36,102 nucleotides of DNA from a virus (lineage: Duplodnaviria > Caudoviricetes). A program made the position numbers and the translations under genes. Location: IMG/VR virus record IMGVR_UViG_3300017716_001925, positions 1 to 36,102 of that record, one strand, 5' to 3'. Shown piece by piece: positions 25,640 through 35,318 of the stretch (positions are counted from its first letter, which is position 1; the number at the start of each line of letters is the position of its first letter). A model generated the notes under the pieces. The model was given only the letters and a program-made list of their open reading frames with translations, searched no databases and had not been told where the DNA came from.

Positions 25640-26337
25640 GGGCCAGCGAACGAGCCTTCTGGGATGTTAGGCGAGAGAACATACTCACCATCACCCGTCA
25701 TGCTGATTTCACTGTTGCCGCCGTCACGGGCTTGCTTTTGGCGCTTTTCGGACTCGTAAGTCTGAAAATCTTCGCCGTATTCCAAACCCTTAGACTTCAG
25801 GAAGCGCCAGCGGATGCCGAGGACGATCAAATCCTCGTCTAGATAGGCGACATCCGAATCAATCAGATATTTGCTTTGTGGGACAAGGGCCGACGACCGG
25901 CACCAGTTTGTGCTGATATACTCGTAAGCTATCGTTTCCCCTGCCGTTGGCGTCGGCGTGACAAGAAAACTGCCGTGTCGCTGCACGAAGGCCAGAAACA
26001 CGCGGTTAAGCTGGGGCTGGGCTTGAATCGCCTGCCACTGTTGCGGGGTGATTGGCACGATAACAGAGCGGCGCGTCGTGCGGTTAAAGAACGAGTTTGA
26101 AATAAACCGATCAAGGTCCGCCGGGACCGCCGACGTTTGATCAGCAGCCGCGACCGTCGTAAACGTGTGTTGCTCACGCATCACTTGCCAATCATACGAA
26201 CCGGCAAGGTTTTTGCCTTCCTCGTTCGCAATGGCAAAGAGTTGCCGCACCTGTTGATCGGTGTTTCCGGCCACAAACTCAGGGCGCGGGATCGACAGAA
26301 GGTCAGCAGCCTCTTGCACGACGCTCAACAGTGACAT
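25636..26337 (-). CDS. Head-tail adaptor (tail tubular protein A-like)
   Basis: MSLLSVVQ...YDWQ...PTP...YEYIS...LIVLGIRWRFLKSKGLEY. Confidence 0.8.
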   Translation of the reverse strand: MSLLSVVQEAADLLSIPRPEFVAGNTDQQVRQLFAIANEEGKNLAGSYDWQVMREQHTFTTVAAADQTSAVPADLDRFISNSFFNRTTRRSVIVPITPQQWQAIQAQPQLNRVFLAFVQRHGSFLVTPTPTAGETIAYEYISTNWCRSSALVPQSKYLIDSDVAYLDEDLIVLGIRWRFLKSKGLEYGEDFQTYESEKRQKQARDGGNSEISMTGDGEYVLSPNIPEGSFAGP

Positions 26338-26340
26338 GGG

Positions 26341-26643
26341 TTAATCCTTAGGCTTTGGCGGGCGGCCACGACGCGGGGCGGGCTCAACGTGAGCGTGGTC
26401 TTCGCTGACAGGGCGCAACGGACGCTCGAAGGCGACATCACCTTCATCGTCCAGCACGGTTTGCGGCAGGCTGTCGCGGCTGAACAGTTCCCACGCGCCC
26501 TTGTGTTCATCCTTATCCGCCTGCGTAGCTTTGCGAGGACCAACGACGGATGACGAATCCATCGTATATTGAAACAGAATTTCGCCGTCCCGCTCTAGGA
26601 ACAGGGGGCCTGCCGAGAAGCCTACGTTTCGCTCGACGCTCAT
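26341..26643 (-). CDS. Hypothetical protein with a C-terminal RRGRPPK tail
   Basis: 100 aa in the morphogenesis operon. Confidence 0.75.
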   Translation of the reverse strand: MSVERNVGFSAGPLFLERDGEILFQYTMDSSSVVGPRKATQADKDEHKGAWELFSRDSLPQTVLDDEGDVAFERPLRPVSEDHAHVEPAPRRGRPPKPKD

Positions 26644-27179
26644 ACCGTGCGCTCCAAAACAGGCTGCGTCGCAATGCGGGCTTCCATAGCCGCTAGACGT
26701 TCCTCAAGCTCACGGTTGCGCTGTTGAAGCTCTGCAAAGGGCTTGCCGTCCTCAGCCTGCTTAAGCCATGCCTGCGCCTTCTCTCGGAGGGCATAGCCAC
26801 CCATCGGCACGCACTTGGCAAGTTGCGTGTCTGAGAGGCCCGCAAGATGCTCAACGGTGCGGACGTGAACGGACTTTAGTTCAAGGGCCTGTGATTTGCC
26901 GATAGGAGCCCATTCCTCAATGGGGGTGCCTTCTTCCGGCGTCTCCATGCTCTTTTTGAACGCCTCATATTGACGATTCCAACGGTCGCGGTGTTCGTCG
27001 GTCACCATCGTATCAACGATAGAGTGCTTATCGCCAGGCACGATAATCTCGACGTATTCCTTATCCTCAAACACCTCTCGGCCTTCAGCTTCGGAACGAT
27101 AGTTATTGCGAACCGGCTTGACGTAGAAGCGCGGAATCAGTTTGTCTTGGGTTGATGGCAGCGTGAAGGTATCGGTCAT
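26640..27179 (-). CDS. Conserved-type phage morphogenesis protein
   Basis: 179 aa; YVEIIVPGD...GTPIEEW...VRTVEHLA. Confidence 0.78.
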   Translation of the reverse strand: MTDTFTLPSTQDKLIPRFYVKPVRNNYRSEAEGREVFEDKEYVEIIVPGDKHSIVDTMVTDEHRDRWNRQYEAFKKSMETPEEGTPIEEWAPIGKSQALELKSVHVRTVEHLAGLSDTQLAKCVPMGGYALREKAQAWLKQAEDGKPFAELQQRNRELEERLAAMEARIATQPVLERTV

Positions 27180-27230
27180 TTATGCCTCTTGCGTGGATGA
27201 TAGGGGAAAAATCGTCTCTTGTCTTTAGGC

Positions 27231-27341
27231 TCACCGATTACGGAAGCCACCGATCAGGCCAAACAGCGCAATCCCGCATACTGGCAGCACGACGCAGACG
27301 ACAAACAGGACAAGCATGATGCCCATTGCGGTTTCGATCAT
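27231..27341 (-). CDS. Small single-TM protein, 36 aa
   Basis: MIETAMGIMLVLFVVCVVLPVCGIALFGLIGGFRNR; ATGA-coupled to the GT gene. Confidence 0.5.
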   Translation of the reverse strand: MIETAMGIMLVLFVVCVVLPVCGIALFGLIGGFRNR

Positions 27342-28780
27342 TGCATTGCCTTCCAAATGTCGGGGATCAGGCCAGAACCGTGCACCACGACCTTGACGCC
27401 TTCGCTTTCAAGATAGCGGTAGTTTTCTTGAAACTCGCGCGCTTGCCGGATCATCCAGCGCGCCCCGCGATACGTTTTATCGCCTAGCACCACAGTTGTC
27501 GTTTCTGCGCCATCGTTCAAGGCTTGCGGATAGCCATGATGGTCATCCTCCTCGTAAGAGCTATCCATGCCGTAGATATGGATTGTCTTATACCCAGACA
27601 GCCATGCAAGGTTCATTGCGCGGAGGCCAACAGTTCCGCCGCCAGGAACGAACACAACTGGCTTTTGGTCCGGCCCCTCATCAAACCACGGCTTGACGAT
27701 TTCCATTAGCTCCGTGCCGTCGTGCATTCCGTTATGCCACAGAACAACATTATGCCCCGCAAGCGCGTCAAACACGCACGGATGAACCTGCGAAGCCAAG
27801 AAATAGCGCACGGATTTAGGCGCATCTTTCACAAACTCGGCGTTTTCTTCCCGCGCGTCTAGCATCACATGGCTATCGGGCGTTATGCCGTTATCCAGCA
27901 GGAAGCGGAGCGCATTGTTTACCGTGACGATGTTCGCGCCCATCGCCTTACGCAGTTTGATTGCCTTGGCGGAACGTTTCAGGCTGGGCCCGCCGCATAC
28001 CAGCACGCAGGTTTTCTTTTGGTCAGGGAAGCCCGAGAACCATTCAAGGTCACGCTGCACATTGGCGCGAATGTTGTCATAGGCGTAATCAGACGACACG
28101 TTCATGCCGTCCAGCTTGGGAACAGCAGTCCAGCCGCCGACCTTCCAAATCTCAGGGACCCAGCCTTCCGCCACTTCGTCAGGTTTGGGCTTGCCGTGGA
28201 AAATGACGGCCCGCGAGCCTTCCGGCGGCCATGCTACAGCGTCCCGGTAGGAGACAAACTCGCCAGGCTTAAACGTCTCCCACGTCGAGACCAACGTAAT
28301 CCACTCTTGATCCCCGCCATTGGTTTGACCGGCAGGCAGCAGATGCGCGAGACGCTTCGACGGTTCGTCAATCGCGTCGAGAGAAAACAGGTCCCAAATC
28401 TTGGAATGTTCGCCGTGCTTCCACTTCATTACGGACGAATTGTAAGTCGGCCAATGCCAATCCTGAATGATGCCGTCAGGAAGGCCCTCTAGACGCCCCG
28501 TAACGCAGACGTCTAGGTCCATGTAGAGAACCGGCTCACCGGCCTCCCACGGCATCTCGGGGGCAAATAGAAACACTTTCTGCCACCAGCCCGGCAAGGC
28601 GGGATTGTGCGGGATTGGCGTTATGCCTTCCGGCAGACTGTCAGGATCGTCCGTAAGGCACCAATGGCGAACTTCCTCGCCGTCAGCACCGATGTTGCGG
28701 TGAATCTGATCGTGCAAATGCAGGACGTATTCAGGGCCGTATTTCGTGCAGACGCGGACGGAGACAATGTTTAGGGTCAA
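27338..28780 (-). CDS. Two-domain glycosyltransferase: GT-A (DxD) plus Maf_flag10/DUF115-like domain
   Basis: N-half KYGPEYV, CLTD, WWQK, LYMDLD, NSSVM, GDQEWI, FHGKPKP; C-half VCGGPSL, VTVNNA, GITPD, MLD, GGGTVG, IYGMDSSY. TTG start at 28780 after GGAGG. Confidence 0.8.
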   Translation of the reverse strand: MTLNIVSVRVCTKYGPEYVLHLHDQIHRNIGADGEEVRHWCLTDDPDSLPEGITPIPHNPALPGWWQKVFLFAPEMPWEAGEPVLYMDLDVCVTGRLEGLPDGIIQDWHWPTYNSSVMKWKHGEHSKIWDLFSLDAIDEPSKRLAHLLPAGQTNGGDQEWITLVSTWETFKPGEFVSYRDAVAWPPEGSRAVIFHGKPKPDEVAEGWVPEIWKVGGWTAVPKLDGMNVSSDYAYDNIRANVQRDLEWFSGFPDQKKTCVLVCGGPSLKRSAKAIKLRKAMGANIVTVNNALRFLLDNGITPDSHVMLDAREENAEFVKDAPKSVRYFLASQVHPCVFDALAGHNVVLWHNGMHDGTELMEIVKPWFDEGPDQKPVVFVPGGGTVGLRAMNLAWLSGYKTIHIYGMDSSYEEDDHHGYPQALNDGAETTTVVLGDKTYRGARWMIRQAREFQENYRYLESEGVKVVVHGSGLIPDIWKAMQ

Positions 28781-28797
28781 TAGGCGTCCTCCAACGC

Positions 28798-28828
28798 AAA
28801 AGGGCTCCCAACCGAAGTCAGGAGCCCT
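28798..28828 (-). terminator. Intrinsic terminator after the capsid genes
   Basis: AGGGCTCCTGAC-TTCG-GTTGGGAGCCCT-TTTG on the minus strand. Confidence 0.75.
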
Positions 28829-28855
28829 CAAGCTAACCTAAAAACCTAGTGGAGG

Positions 28856-29164
28856 CTAGGCGTACAGGAAGTTGGACCGCGCAAAGAAGCGCTGGCCGGT
28901 AACAACACCGCCCGTGGTGTTGACCGAGAACGATTGAGCCACGCCAGCCGAAGCCGCCGCAGCAGCCGAACCAGCGGTGCCAAGGGTGATGTTAGCAGTC
29001 GAACCAAGAGTGCCTTGAGCCAAAGCGACAACGTGCTTGCGACCATCATTCGCGAGAATGGCAGTCAGGGGCGCGAAGCCAAAGGCGGGCGAAGAGGCCT
29101 TGTTGTCCAGATCAATCCCAGCGAGAGGGGTAATCGTGAACTGAGTTGCGGCAGTAGAAGCCAT
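28856..29164 (-). CDS. Putative capsid decoration protein
   Basis: 102 aa, A/G/T/S-rich, AGGAG RBS, between the major capsid gene and the terminator. Confidence 0.7.
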   Translation of the reverse strand: MASTAATQFTITPLAGIDLDNKASSPAFGFAPLTAILANDGRKHVVALAQGTLGSTANITLGTAGSAAAAASAGVAQSFSVNTTGGVVTGQRFFARSNFLYA

Positions 29165-29188
29165 TTCAATTCTCCTTTCGGGAGGGGA

Positions 29189-30163
29189 TTAGGTCTGGAA
29201 GATAACGCCCTGAGTGAAGGCATTCGAAAGGGTCATGTTACCGGCCCAAACGATGAACTTCACCATAGCGTCTTGGTTGATCGAGTTCACGGCTTCCAGA
29301 GGAACCATGTTACGCTGAGCGTGCGGACGCCAGTGGATGTAATCCGTGTTCAGCATATACATATGGTTCGCCGGGCAAGCCCCGCCGACGCCACCGTCAA
29401 AGACAACATCAGCGCCCATGAACTTGAGGTTCTGATAGCCAGCCGAACCCGTATCAGTCTGCGAAATGCGCTGGATAGCTTGCAGCGAGTTCCAGTAGAA
29501 CTGATAATAGGTGTTGTCAGCCAGGATCAGGTTCGGGCGATCCGTGCCACGCGAGCACTTCAGATAAAGCGTGTTCATGTAGCGTTGGATGTTAGCCGCC
29601 GATGCAGCCGAGCCACCGTCCGAAGTCGCTTGGAACTTCTGGTTTTGCCAGAACGACCAAGTAGCGCGGGTAATGCCGCCGACGGTGCCCGTGGTGGGAT
29701 CGTCAGCCACAAGCAGTTGCAGCCCGCCGATTTGCTTTCCACCGGACGCGGTGCCGTTGGAATACAGGTCCGACGAGATGTTGTTTTGCATCGTGCGTTC
29801 AGCGTTCTTGATCCGGATCGAAAGCAGGTCAATAATAGCGTCTTCGCCCGTGTTCTGAACCGAACCTTCAAGGCCCGAAATGGTCACGGCGACCGAGGCC
29901 TGTTTCCAGTCAAATTCAGCAGCCGTAAACACGTCGCTTGGCGAGATGTTCAGGACTTCATAGCCCGAGTAACGCTGGTAGGTCACGTTGTCGGCGTAGT
30001 CGCGTTCCTGCACGATGGTGCGACCGCCAGAGACGGGCTTAATCGTGCCGCGCTTCTTCATATAGCTGAGAATCGCGTTGTTATCAGTCATGTTGTCAGC
30101 GAGCTTACCCGTGCGGTTACGCAAGGTAGTCGTGACGATTTCACTCAGATTCGGGGATGCCAT
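29189..30163 (-). CDS. Major capsid protein
   Basis: MASPNLSEIVTTTLRNRTGKLADN...SGG...YSGYEVL...FDWKQ; follows the scaffold gene. Confidence 0.9.
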   Translation of the reverse strand: MASPNLSEIVTTTLRNRTGKLADNMTDNNAILSYMKKRGTIKPVSGGRTIVQERDYADNVTYQRYSGYEVLNISPSDVFTAAEFDWKQASVAVTISGLEGSVQNTGEDAIIDLLSIRIKNAERTMQNNISSDLYSNGTASGGKQIGGLQLLVADDPTTGTVGGITRATWSFWQNQKFQATSDGGSAASAANIQRYMNTLYLKCSRGTDRPNLILADNTYYQFYWNSLQAIQRISQTDTGSAGYQNLKFMGADVVFDGGVGGACPANHMYMLNTDYIHWRPHAQRNMVPLEAVNSINQDAMVKFIVWAGNMTLSNAFTQGVIFQT

Positions 30164-30177
30164 CCCTTATTCTCCGT

Positions 30178-31191
30178 TTAGGCCCGACCCGCTGCTTGCG
30201 AAATTGCTAAGCGCACATCGTCCTCAATTGATCCATTGGAGGTCGGAGGGGGTGCGTTCCCTGGCGACCCGGTTACGGAAGCACCCGCAAGCTTGGCCTT
30301 CACGGCGCGGTTAGGGTCGATTGCCGGTTTCGCCTGTTGCTGCATCAGCAGCGGACGAATGGTCGGATCAGCCCAGATTGCACGCTCGTAAGCCTCAGGA
30401 AGCGTTTCGACCAATCCAGATTGGAGAAGTTTTGCCATCGCTGGCTTGACGTTCTCAAAGTAGAGGTTTGCAGGATCAGCCGCGAAGGCCTCAATCTGCG
30501 AAACATAGGTCTGTTGCGTTTCCTGCTCTTTGCCTTGTTTAAGGGCTTGAAGCTCTTGCCGTAGTGCTTGAATCTCGTTCGCTACCGGATCGGGCTGGGC
30601 TTGTGGCTGTCCCGTTCCCCCGCCTGACTGAGCCAAAGGCTGTCCAAGGCTGGCGATGTTAACGCCGTATGATCTAGCCAGATGCGCCAGCGCGGATTGT
30701 GGGTCGCGGTCCAACCAATCAGAGGCAGCGAGAAGCTGCTTGACGGCTGTTGCCTCATCCACACCCGCAACGGCCCATTTCTGGCGATGCGGGGCGATGA
30801 CACTTTCTAGCGGCTCATACCGCTTCAGTTGTTCGGCACGCTCACGGAAGCCTTTGTCAATGTCCCCCTCTCGCTTGCTCACTTCCTTTTGGATGTGAGG
30901 CGGCAGGGCGGCAAAGTCGGCTTTAGCTTGCGCTGACCAGCTTGCGGGCGGGCGGATGGACTCTTGCGGAGTTTCGCTCGTCTTTGGCTGTTCGGTAGTA
31001 TCTTGCGCCGGTTCGGCTTGTTTTGCAACAAACTTCCCATCAGGCCCGTGATTGGTTGTTTTCTTGCCCTCGACAGGCTCTTGAGACAGTTCCGGTGCCT
31101 CGCTAACAGCGGGTTCCGGTGTCTCGGGTGCGCCGTTCGTCTCTGCAATGGCGGCGCGGATGTCGTCGGCGTAAGTGTCTTCCAGTGTCAT
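30178..31191 (-). CDS. Capsid scaffolding protein
   Basis: Acidic disordered N-terminus, PPASWS motif, coiled coils; precedes the major capsid gene. Confidence 0.8.
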   Translation of the reverse strand: MTLEDTYADDIRAAIAETNGAPETPEPAVSEAPELSQEPVEGKKTTNHGPDGKFVAKQAEPAQDTTEQPKTSETPQESIRPPASWSAQAKADFAALPPHIQKEVSKREGDIDKGFRERAEQLKRYEPLESVIAPHRQKWAVAGVDEATAVKQLLAASDWLDRDPQSALAHLARSYGVNIASLGQPLAQSGGGTGQPQAQPDPVANEIQALRQELQALKQGKEQETQQTYVSQIEAFAADPANLYFENVKPAMAKLLQSGLVETLPEAYERAIWADPTIRPLLMQQQAKPAIDPNRAVKAKLAGASVTGSPGNAPPPTSNGSIEDDVRLAISQAAGRA

Positions 31192-31508
31192 AGGCCTGCT
31201 TTCAATTGTTCTAGGGCGGTCTTAACGTCTTGGGCCACGTTCGGGACTTCGCTGACCTGGCGTTCGTCCGGCTGATCGTTGCCCACAATCTCGCACCCGG
31301 CAGCCCTTACGGCCTTCTCATACCCAGACCGGGAGTCGTAAAGCTTTCCATCGGCGTGATTCATGGTCGCATCCATGCCATCCGAGCGAATCGCGGGGCA
31401 TGGCAACGCAGACCGCTTGCGGGCCTCTGGCATACACTCGGAGGGCCATGCGCTGACCTCGTGCATCTGTGTGCAGGATTTGCAGAGGCGGAAGGTATAG
31501 CGGGCCAT
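31188..31508 (-). CDS. Small Cys-containing (zinc-ribbon-like) protein
   Basis: CKSC...; DGKLYDSRS...GCEIVGND. Confidence 0.72.
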   Translation of the reverse strand: MARYTFRLCKSCTQMHEVSAWPSECMPEARKRSALPCPAIRSDGMDATMNHADGKLYDSRSGYEKAVRAAGCEIVGNDQPDERQVSEVPNVAQDVKTALEQLKAGL

Positions 31509-32293
31509 TAGTTCGCCCCGATAGCCGTCAGGTAGGTGCTGACGCGGTTGTGCAGGGCGGTCATCTCGGTGCCAGACAGGCCGCCGCCGACAGCCGCGCA
31601 GGCCAGACGGTCAAGGCTGTTAGACGTGCCGATCTCGCCCAAAAGGAGAAAATTGCTGGCGTTCAGGGCCGATGACACAATCGCCGAAGTGGACCCGCTT
31701 GCCACGCCTGCGACTTGGGCATTTGTCGTGGTGCTGGCCGTGCGCGAGATACAGCGAGAGCCTAGCCGGTTTGCGGGATTGCCGAAGGTTGCGGTTGATG
31801 TCTGATTAACACGCCCCTGGAGGCCGGTCGCTGTGTCCGGGAGCAACGCAACGGCGTTGTTGCAATAGAACGTGCCTACGGCTTCCGTGGTGCCTGTCGA
31901 TGAGTTGATCCACGAAAACAGGCTAGCGCTGTTCTGCGCGTAGTTGCCCCCTGCGTTTCGCGCGAGGCCTGTATCTAGGTAGCCAAGCACCCCGTCAGCG
32001 GTATAGCCCCGGTCGGGCGTGAAGGTGCACGTCGCGTTTTCCGTGATCGTATTGGCGGCAGGGGTCTTCGCGTTCAACCTTGCTGACTGCACATCTGCCG
32101 AGGCCAGCAGGTAGAACAGGTCGAGCTTCGACCACACGCCGTCCGTCGTCAGGCCCTCGATCAGGGTGTTAATCAGGCCCTTGCGCGTGGCGTCCGGCTG
32201 CGATGACATGGCGGCGAAATATGCGGAGGCCGCTGCGGAGTAGCCCGCCCCCGCATAAGCCGCCGCGTTGCCGAAGCGATACCCGCCCAGCAT
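31508..32293 (-). CDS. Putative virion surface protein (beta-rich, lectin-like)
   Basis: Start MLGGYRFG at a TGATG overlap; GVWSKLDLFY...GYLDTG; T/S/N/A-rich. Confidence 0.65.
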   Translation of the reverse strand: MLGGYRFGNAAAYAGAGYSAAASAYFAAMSSQPDATRKGLINTLIEGLTTDGVWSKLDLFYLLASADVQSARLNAKTPAANTITENATCTFTPDRGYTADGVLGYLDTGLARNAGGNYAQNSASLFSWINSSTGTTEAVGTFYCNNAVALLPDTATGLQGRVNQTSTATFGNPANRLGSRCISRTASTTTNAQVAGVASGSTSAIVSSALNASNFLLLGEIGTSNSLDRLACAAVGGGLSGTEMTALHNRVSTYLTAIGAN

Positions 32294-32886
32294 CAGGTGA
32301 AGTTCCCGAGCCCGGCCGCCGACACGCTCGCGCCGGTCGTGACCTTCCAGCCCGGCGTGGTGGCGTTGACGCACTTTGCCCCCCAAGGAACGAAGAACGG
32401 AACGAGGCTCGTCACAGACGAAGCGCCGCCCGCGAAAATCGTAATGTTCGACCCGTTGCCGTCGATGATCGAAACAGCGCCCGGCGAGGTCGTGGCCGGA
32501 ACGATCAGGACGCCCGAGAGGAAGTCACCGACCGCACCCGTCGCGCCCAGGATTTGCGCCGTGGCAGAAGCCGCAACCGTCTCATAAGCATCGGGGAGAA
32601 CCTCCAACAGCCCAGCGTTAGAAGTTGGGACCGTGGCCCCATCCGAGGGATAGGTAACCCGCACCGCAGCAGCAGCCGTTCCCGCGCCAAGCGTAAACTT
32701 GCCAAACAGGCCCTTGAGAAGCGCGACAAGCGTTCCAGAGCCGGTCGTATAGGCTACATCAGCAACCGCGCCCTGCGCTACGTCCGCGCCATCAGCAACG
32801 GTTACAGCGCCACCGCCGCCGCCGCGTGCAATGATCGCCTCAGCGGCTTTGTAAACAACTTCGTTATAGGGTTCGTTAGCCATCAC
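32293..32886 (-). CDS. Putative virion structural protein
   Basis: 197 aa, G/A/T-rich, beta-rich C-terminus; coupled to the portal stop. Confidence 0.68.
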   Translation of the reverse strand: MMANEPYNEVVYKAAEAIIARGGGGGAVTVADGADVAQGAVADVAYTTGSGTLVALLKGLFGKFTLGAGTAAAAVRVTYPSDGATVPTSNAGLLEVLPDAYETVAASATAQILGATGAVGDFLSGVLIVPATTSPGAVSIIDGNGSNITIFAGGASSVTSLVPFFVPWGAKCVNATTPGWKVTTGASVSAAGLGNFT

Positions 32887-34994
32887 GCCGTTCCTTGTGG
32901 TTCAGGGTCGCGAGCAATAGCCAGCGCCTTCAGTTGCAGTTCCTGTTGCTTCAGGCCGATTTGAGCCTGGCCGAGTTGCGCGTCCGCTTGGGCAATCATT
33001 CCGTCCATTTGCGTCCGCTGTTGCTCGTTCTGCGCCTTCATCATTTCTGCTTGCGCCTTGGCCTCATCGAGCGGGCTAGGCGGAGGCGGCATTGGCGGGC
33101 CAGCAGGCTGAACAGGCGGCTGCTGCTCTGCCGTGTCAAACGCCTTGTCAATCGCGTCTTCCATCTCACGAGACACGTCAAACACCCGCGTTGACTGCTT
33201 AGCCATTTCCTTGAACACCGGAGCCGTATAGGGCGCAGCGGGGATGATTTGGCTTGCCACCGTCATCAGTTGCGAGAAGGCCCCCACAAACTCGACAAAC
33301 GCCATCTTGGCCGCGTTCTCATCAGGCTCAATCGTGGAATCGGTCTCAATGTCGATGCGGAACGACCGAAGCTTATCATCCGTGAGGAGGGCCTTGACCT
33401 CATCCCACGTGGGCTGTTCCATCAACGCAACCTGGCTCTGATCAATCAGGCCCTCAGGCACCGGCACGCCAGCCTGTTCCGCTTGCTGGGCAATCTGCAT
33501 CATCATTTGAAGCTCTTGCTTCTCTTGAGCCGTCAGCAGCTTGACGCCAGAGATGGCCCGCATGGTCTCAATCGAGAAGTGTTCAGCAATAATCTCACCC
33601 TTGATGCGGATGGCGTCACGCGCAAACTTCTGAACATCCTTCTGCCTGTCACGGACACGCAGCGAGCCCCACTGACCCTTGAGCCTTTCAGCCGTGGCCG
33701 TCGAGTTAGGATCGGACTCCCCCCGGATAATGTCCGAGATGCCCGTAATCTGGTAGATGTCGGTAATGACCTGTTGGCGCGCTTCGTAGCAGCCCTTCAG
33801 AGTCATCATGACCATATCGACCGGAACCCATTCGATCAGGCCCCGGATGCCGCCCGATTCCTTAAACGCGTCCCATGTGTCGATGGGGATTAGCTTGTTC
33901 TCATTGCCGGGCGCGAACACGCGGTTAAGCGCAGTCTTCTGCTCACCGGCATAGAAGCCGACCATTCGCAGAGCGTCTTGCAGTTTGCCAATGCGGGCGG
34001 TTAGCTCATCAAGCTCTTCGGCCTGATCCTGGTAGAACACGTAATCAGGGATTGGGAGGCTGGAATCCTGCGCCGTGGTCGCATTAAGCGGCGGCGGGCA
34101 AGGGAAGAAGCCAGACAGGCCTAGCGGGTCCTCGCGAACGTCTAGCGCCTTGCCGGTAAGCCCCTTGTTAATCCAATAAGCTTTGCGGGACGCCTTGTCC
34201 CATATCTCGTAAACGCAGGCTTTCTGGAATTTGGAGTCGGGATCGTCCTTTTCCTTGTCGTCGCCCTTGTTGGCGCTATCAAGCGGGACTTCCTTACCAA
34301 TCTCTTCGCCAAACCGTTCGACCAGTTCAGCGCGCGTCATGTAGCCCCGGCGCGAGACCCAGCGCACATCCGCCCACTCACGGCAGGGGTTCGTCAGCCA
34401 ATCTTTCCAAGCCACGTGGTCGCAGAGGACTTCCTCGTATTCGACCTCTTCGTTGACCTGAACAGGCTCACCGGCCTCGTGCGCGACTTCCTGAACAGGC
34501 GACGCGCCGACGTTCTCGCCGTCTTCGTCCGCCTGGCCTTCGCCTAGCTCGACGTCCTGATCAGCATTAACCGCCTTCATGTGCGGGACGTAGCGAACCC
34601 AAAGCTGGCCACGGCCCGGCAGAAGGTAATCCTGGCGCACCTCAGTCATGCGCCCATCGAAGTCGTAAGCGTCCAGCGAATAGAGAAGGCAACGCTCTAG
34701 AACCTCAGAGGCCACCTTGCCTACAGGGTCCTCGTCCTTAAACCGGCGCGACACGACCGGAATCGGCTTCTTCGCATAGATAGCAGGGCCTAGCGTCTGG
34801 ACGTTAGACCACAGGATTGCATACCGGCGTTGAGGGCTTAGGGCAGCGTTAGCCCCGCCCTTACCGTTCCGATCCGTGTTCTTATAGCGGCGAATGACCA
34901 CGTCACCCGACCGCCACCACATTTCACAATCCTGTTCAGCGAGATTAATCTCCTGAATCCAGCGGGCTGCAACCTTCTCAGGCGCTTCAGTCAT
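32883..34994 (-). CDS. Portal protein
   Basis: About 703 aa from MTEAPEK; ILWSNVQTL, FFPCPPPL, IYQITGISDIIRG; Q-rich C-terminal barrel. Confidence 0.9.
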   Translation of the reverse strand: MTEAPEKVAARWIQEINLAEQDCEMWWRSGDVVIRRYKNTDRNGKGGANAALSPQRRYAILWSNVQTLGPAIYAKKPIPVVSRRFKDEDPVGKVASEVLERCLLYSLDAYDFDGRMTEVRQDYLLPGRGQLWVRYVPHMKAVNADQDVELGEGQADEDGENVGASPVQEVAHEAGEPVQVNEEVEYEEVLCDHVAWKDWLTNPCREWADVRWVSRRGYMTRAELVERFGEEIGKEVPLDSANKGDDKEKDDPDSKFQKACVYEIWDKASRKAYWINKGLTGKALDVREDPLGLSGFFPCPPPLNATTAQDSSLPIPDYVFYQDQAEELDELTARIGKLQDALRMVGFYAGEQKTALNRVFAPGNENKLIPIDTWDAFKESGGIRGLIEWVPVDMVMMTLKGCYEARQQVITDIYQITGISDIIRGESDPNSTATAERLKGQWGSLRVRDRQKDVQKFARDAIRIKGEIIAEHFSIETMRAISGVKLLTAQEKQELQMMMQIAQQAEQAGVPVPEGLIDQSQVALMEQPTWDEVKALLTDDKLRSFRIDIETDSTIEPDENAAKMAFVEFVGAFSQLMTVASQIIPAAPYTAPVFKEMAKQSTRVFDVSREMEDAIDKAFDTAEQQPPVQPAGPPMPPPPSPLDEAKAQAEMMKAQNEQQRTQMDGMIAQADAQLGQAQIGLKQQELQLKALAIARDPEPQGTA

Positions 34995-35236
34995 CGGGCG
35001 GCCCTCGCTTGCTCGAAACGAAGATAGCGCCACACGTCTTCACGCAATGCCTTGAACCCAGACGCGCGGACAATCTCGCCGCAAACGTGGTCGATATGGG
35101 CGACGTTCTCGGCTGGGCTATTCGTGGCAAAGTCTGCCATCAGGTCGCGGCATTCCTGAACCCACGACGAAGCACGGACGGGCTTATATTCCCGCGTCGC
35201 GTCGATCTTCGACAGCCGTTGATGCAAACCGATCAT
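34991..35236 (-). CDS. Hypothetical protein
   Basis: 81 aa; ATGA-coupled to the portal. Confidence 0.6.
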   Translation of the reverse strand: MIGLHQRLSKIDATREYKPVRASSWVQECRDLMADFATNSPAENVAHIDHVCGEIVRASGFKALREDVWRYLRFEQARAAR

Positions 35237-35280
35237 GTCACCCCGCGAAACTTTGCCATGATACAGCAGATCGGCGCAAA

Positions 35281-35318
35281 GAAAAGCCCCGCGTCAGCAC
35301 ACACGGCGACACGGGGCT
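35281..35318 (-). terminator. Intrinsic terminator
   Basis: AGCCCCGTGTC...GACGCGGGGCT followed by TTTC on the minus strand. Confidence 0.7.

Noticed and set aside
28934-30181. 415-aa plus-strand ORF
   Set aside because: Antisense shadow of the major capsid gene; no recognisable motif or RBS.
32294-32386. N-terminal extension of ORF 31508..32386; similar extensions on portal, GT and cro in the ORF track
   Set aside because: Downstream starts with an RBS or stop/start overlap fit better; the extensions overlap upstream genes or terminators.
17924-34000. Many 60-250 aa plus-strand and alternate-frame ORFs across the late region
   Set aside because: They overlap well-supported structural genes and have Arg/Pro-rich shadow composition typical of high-GC DNA.
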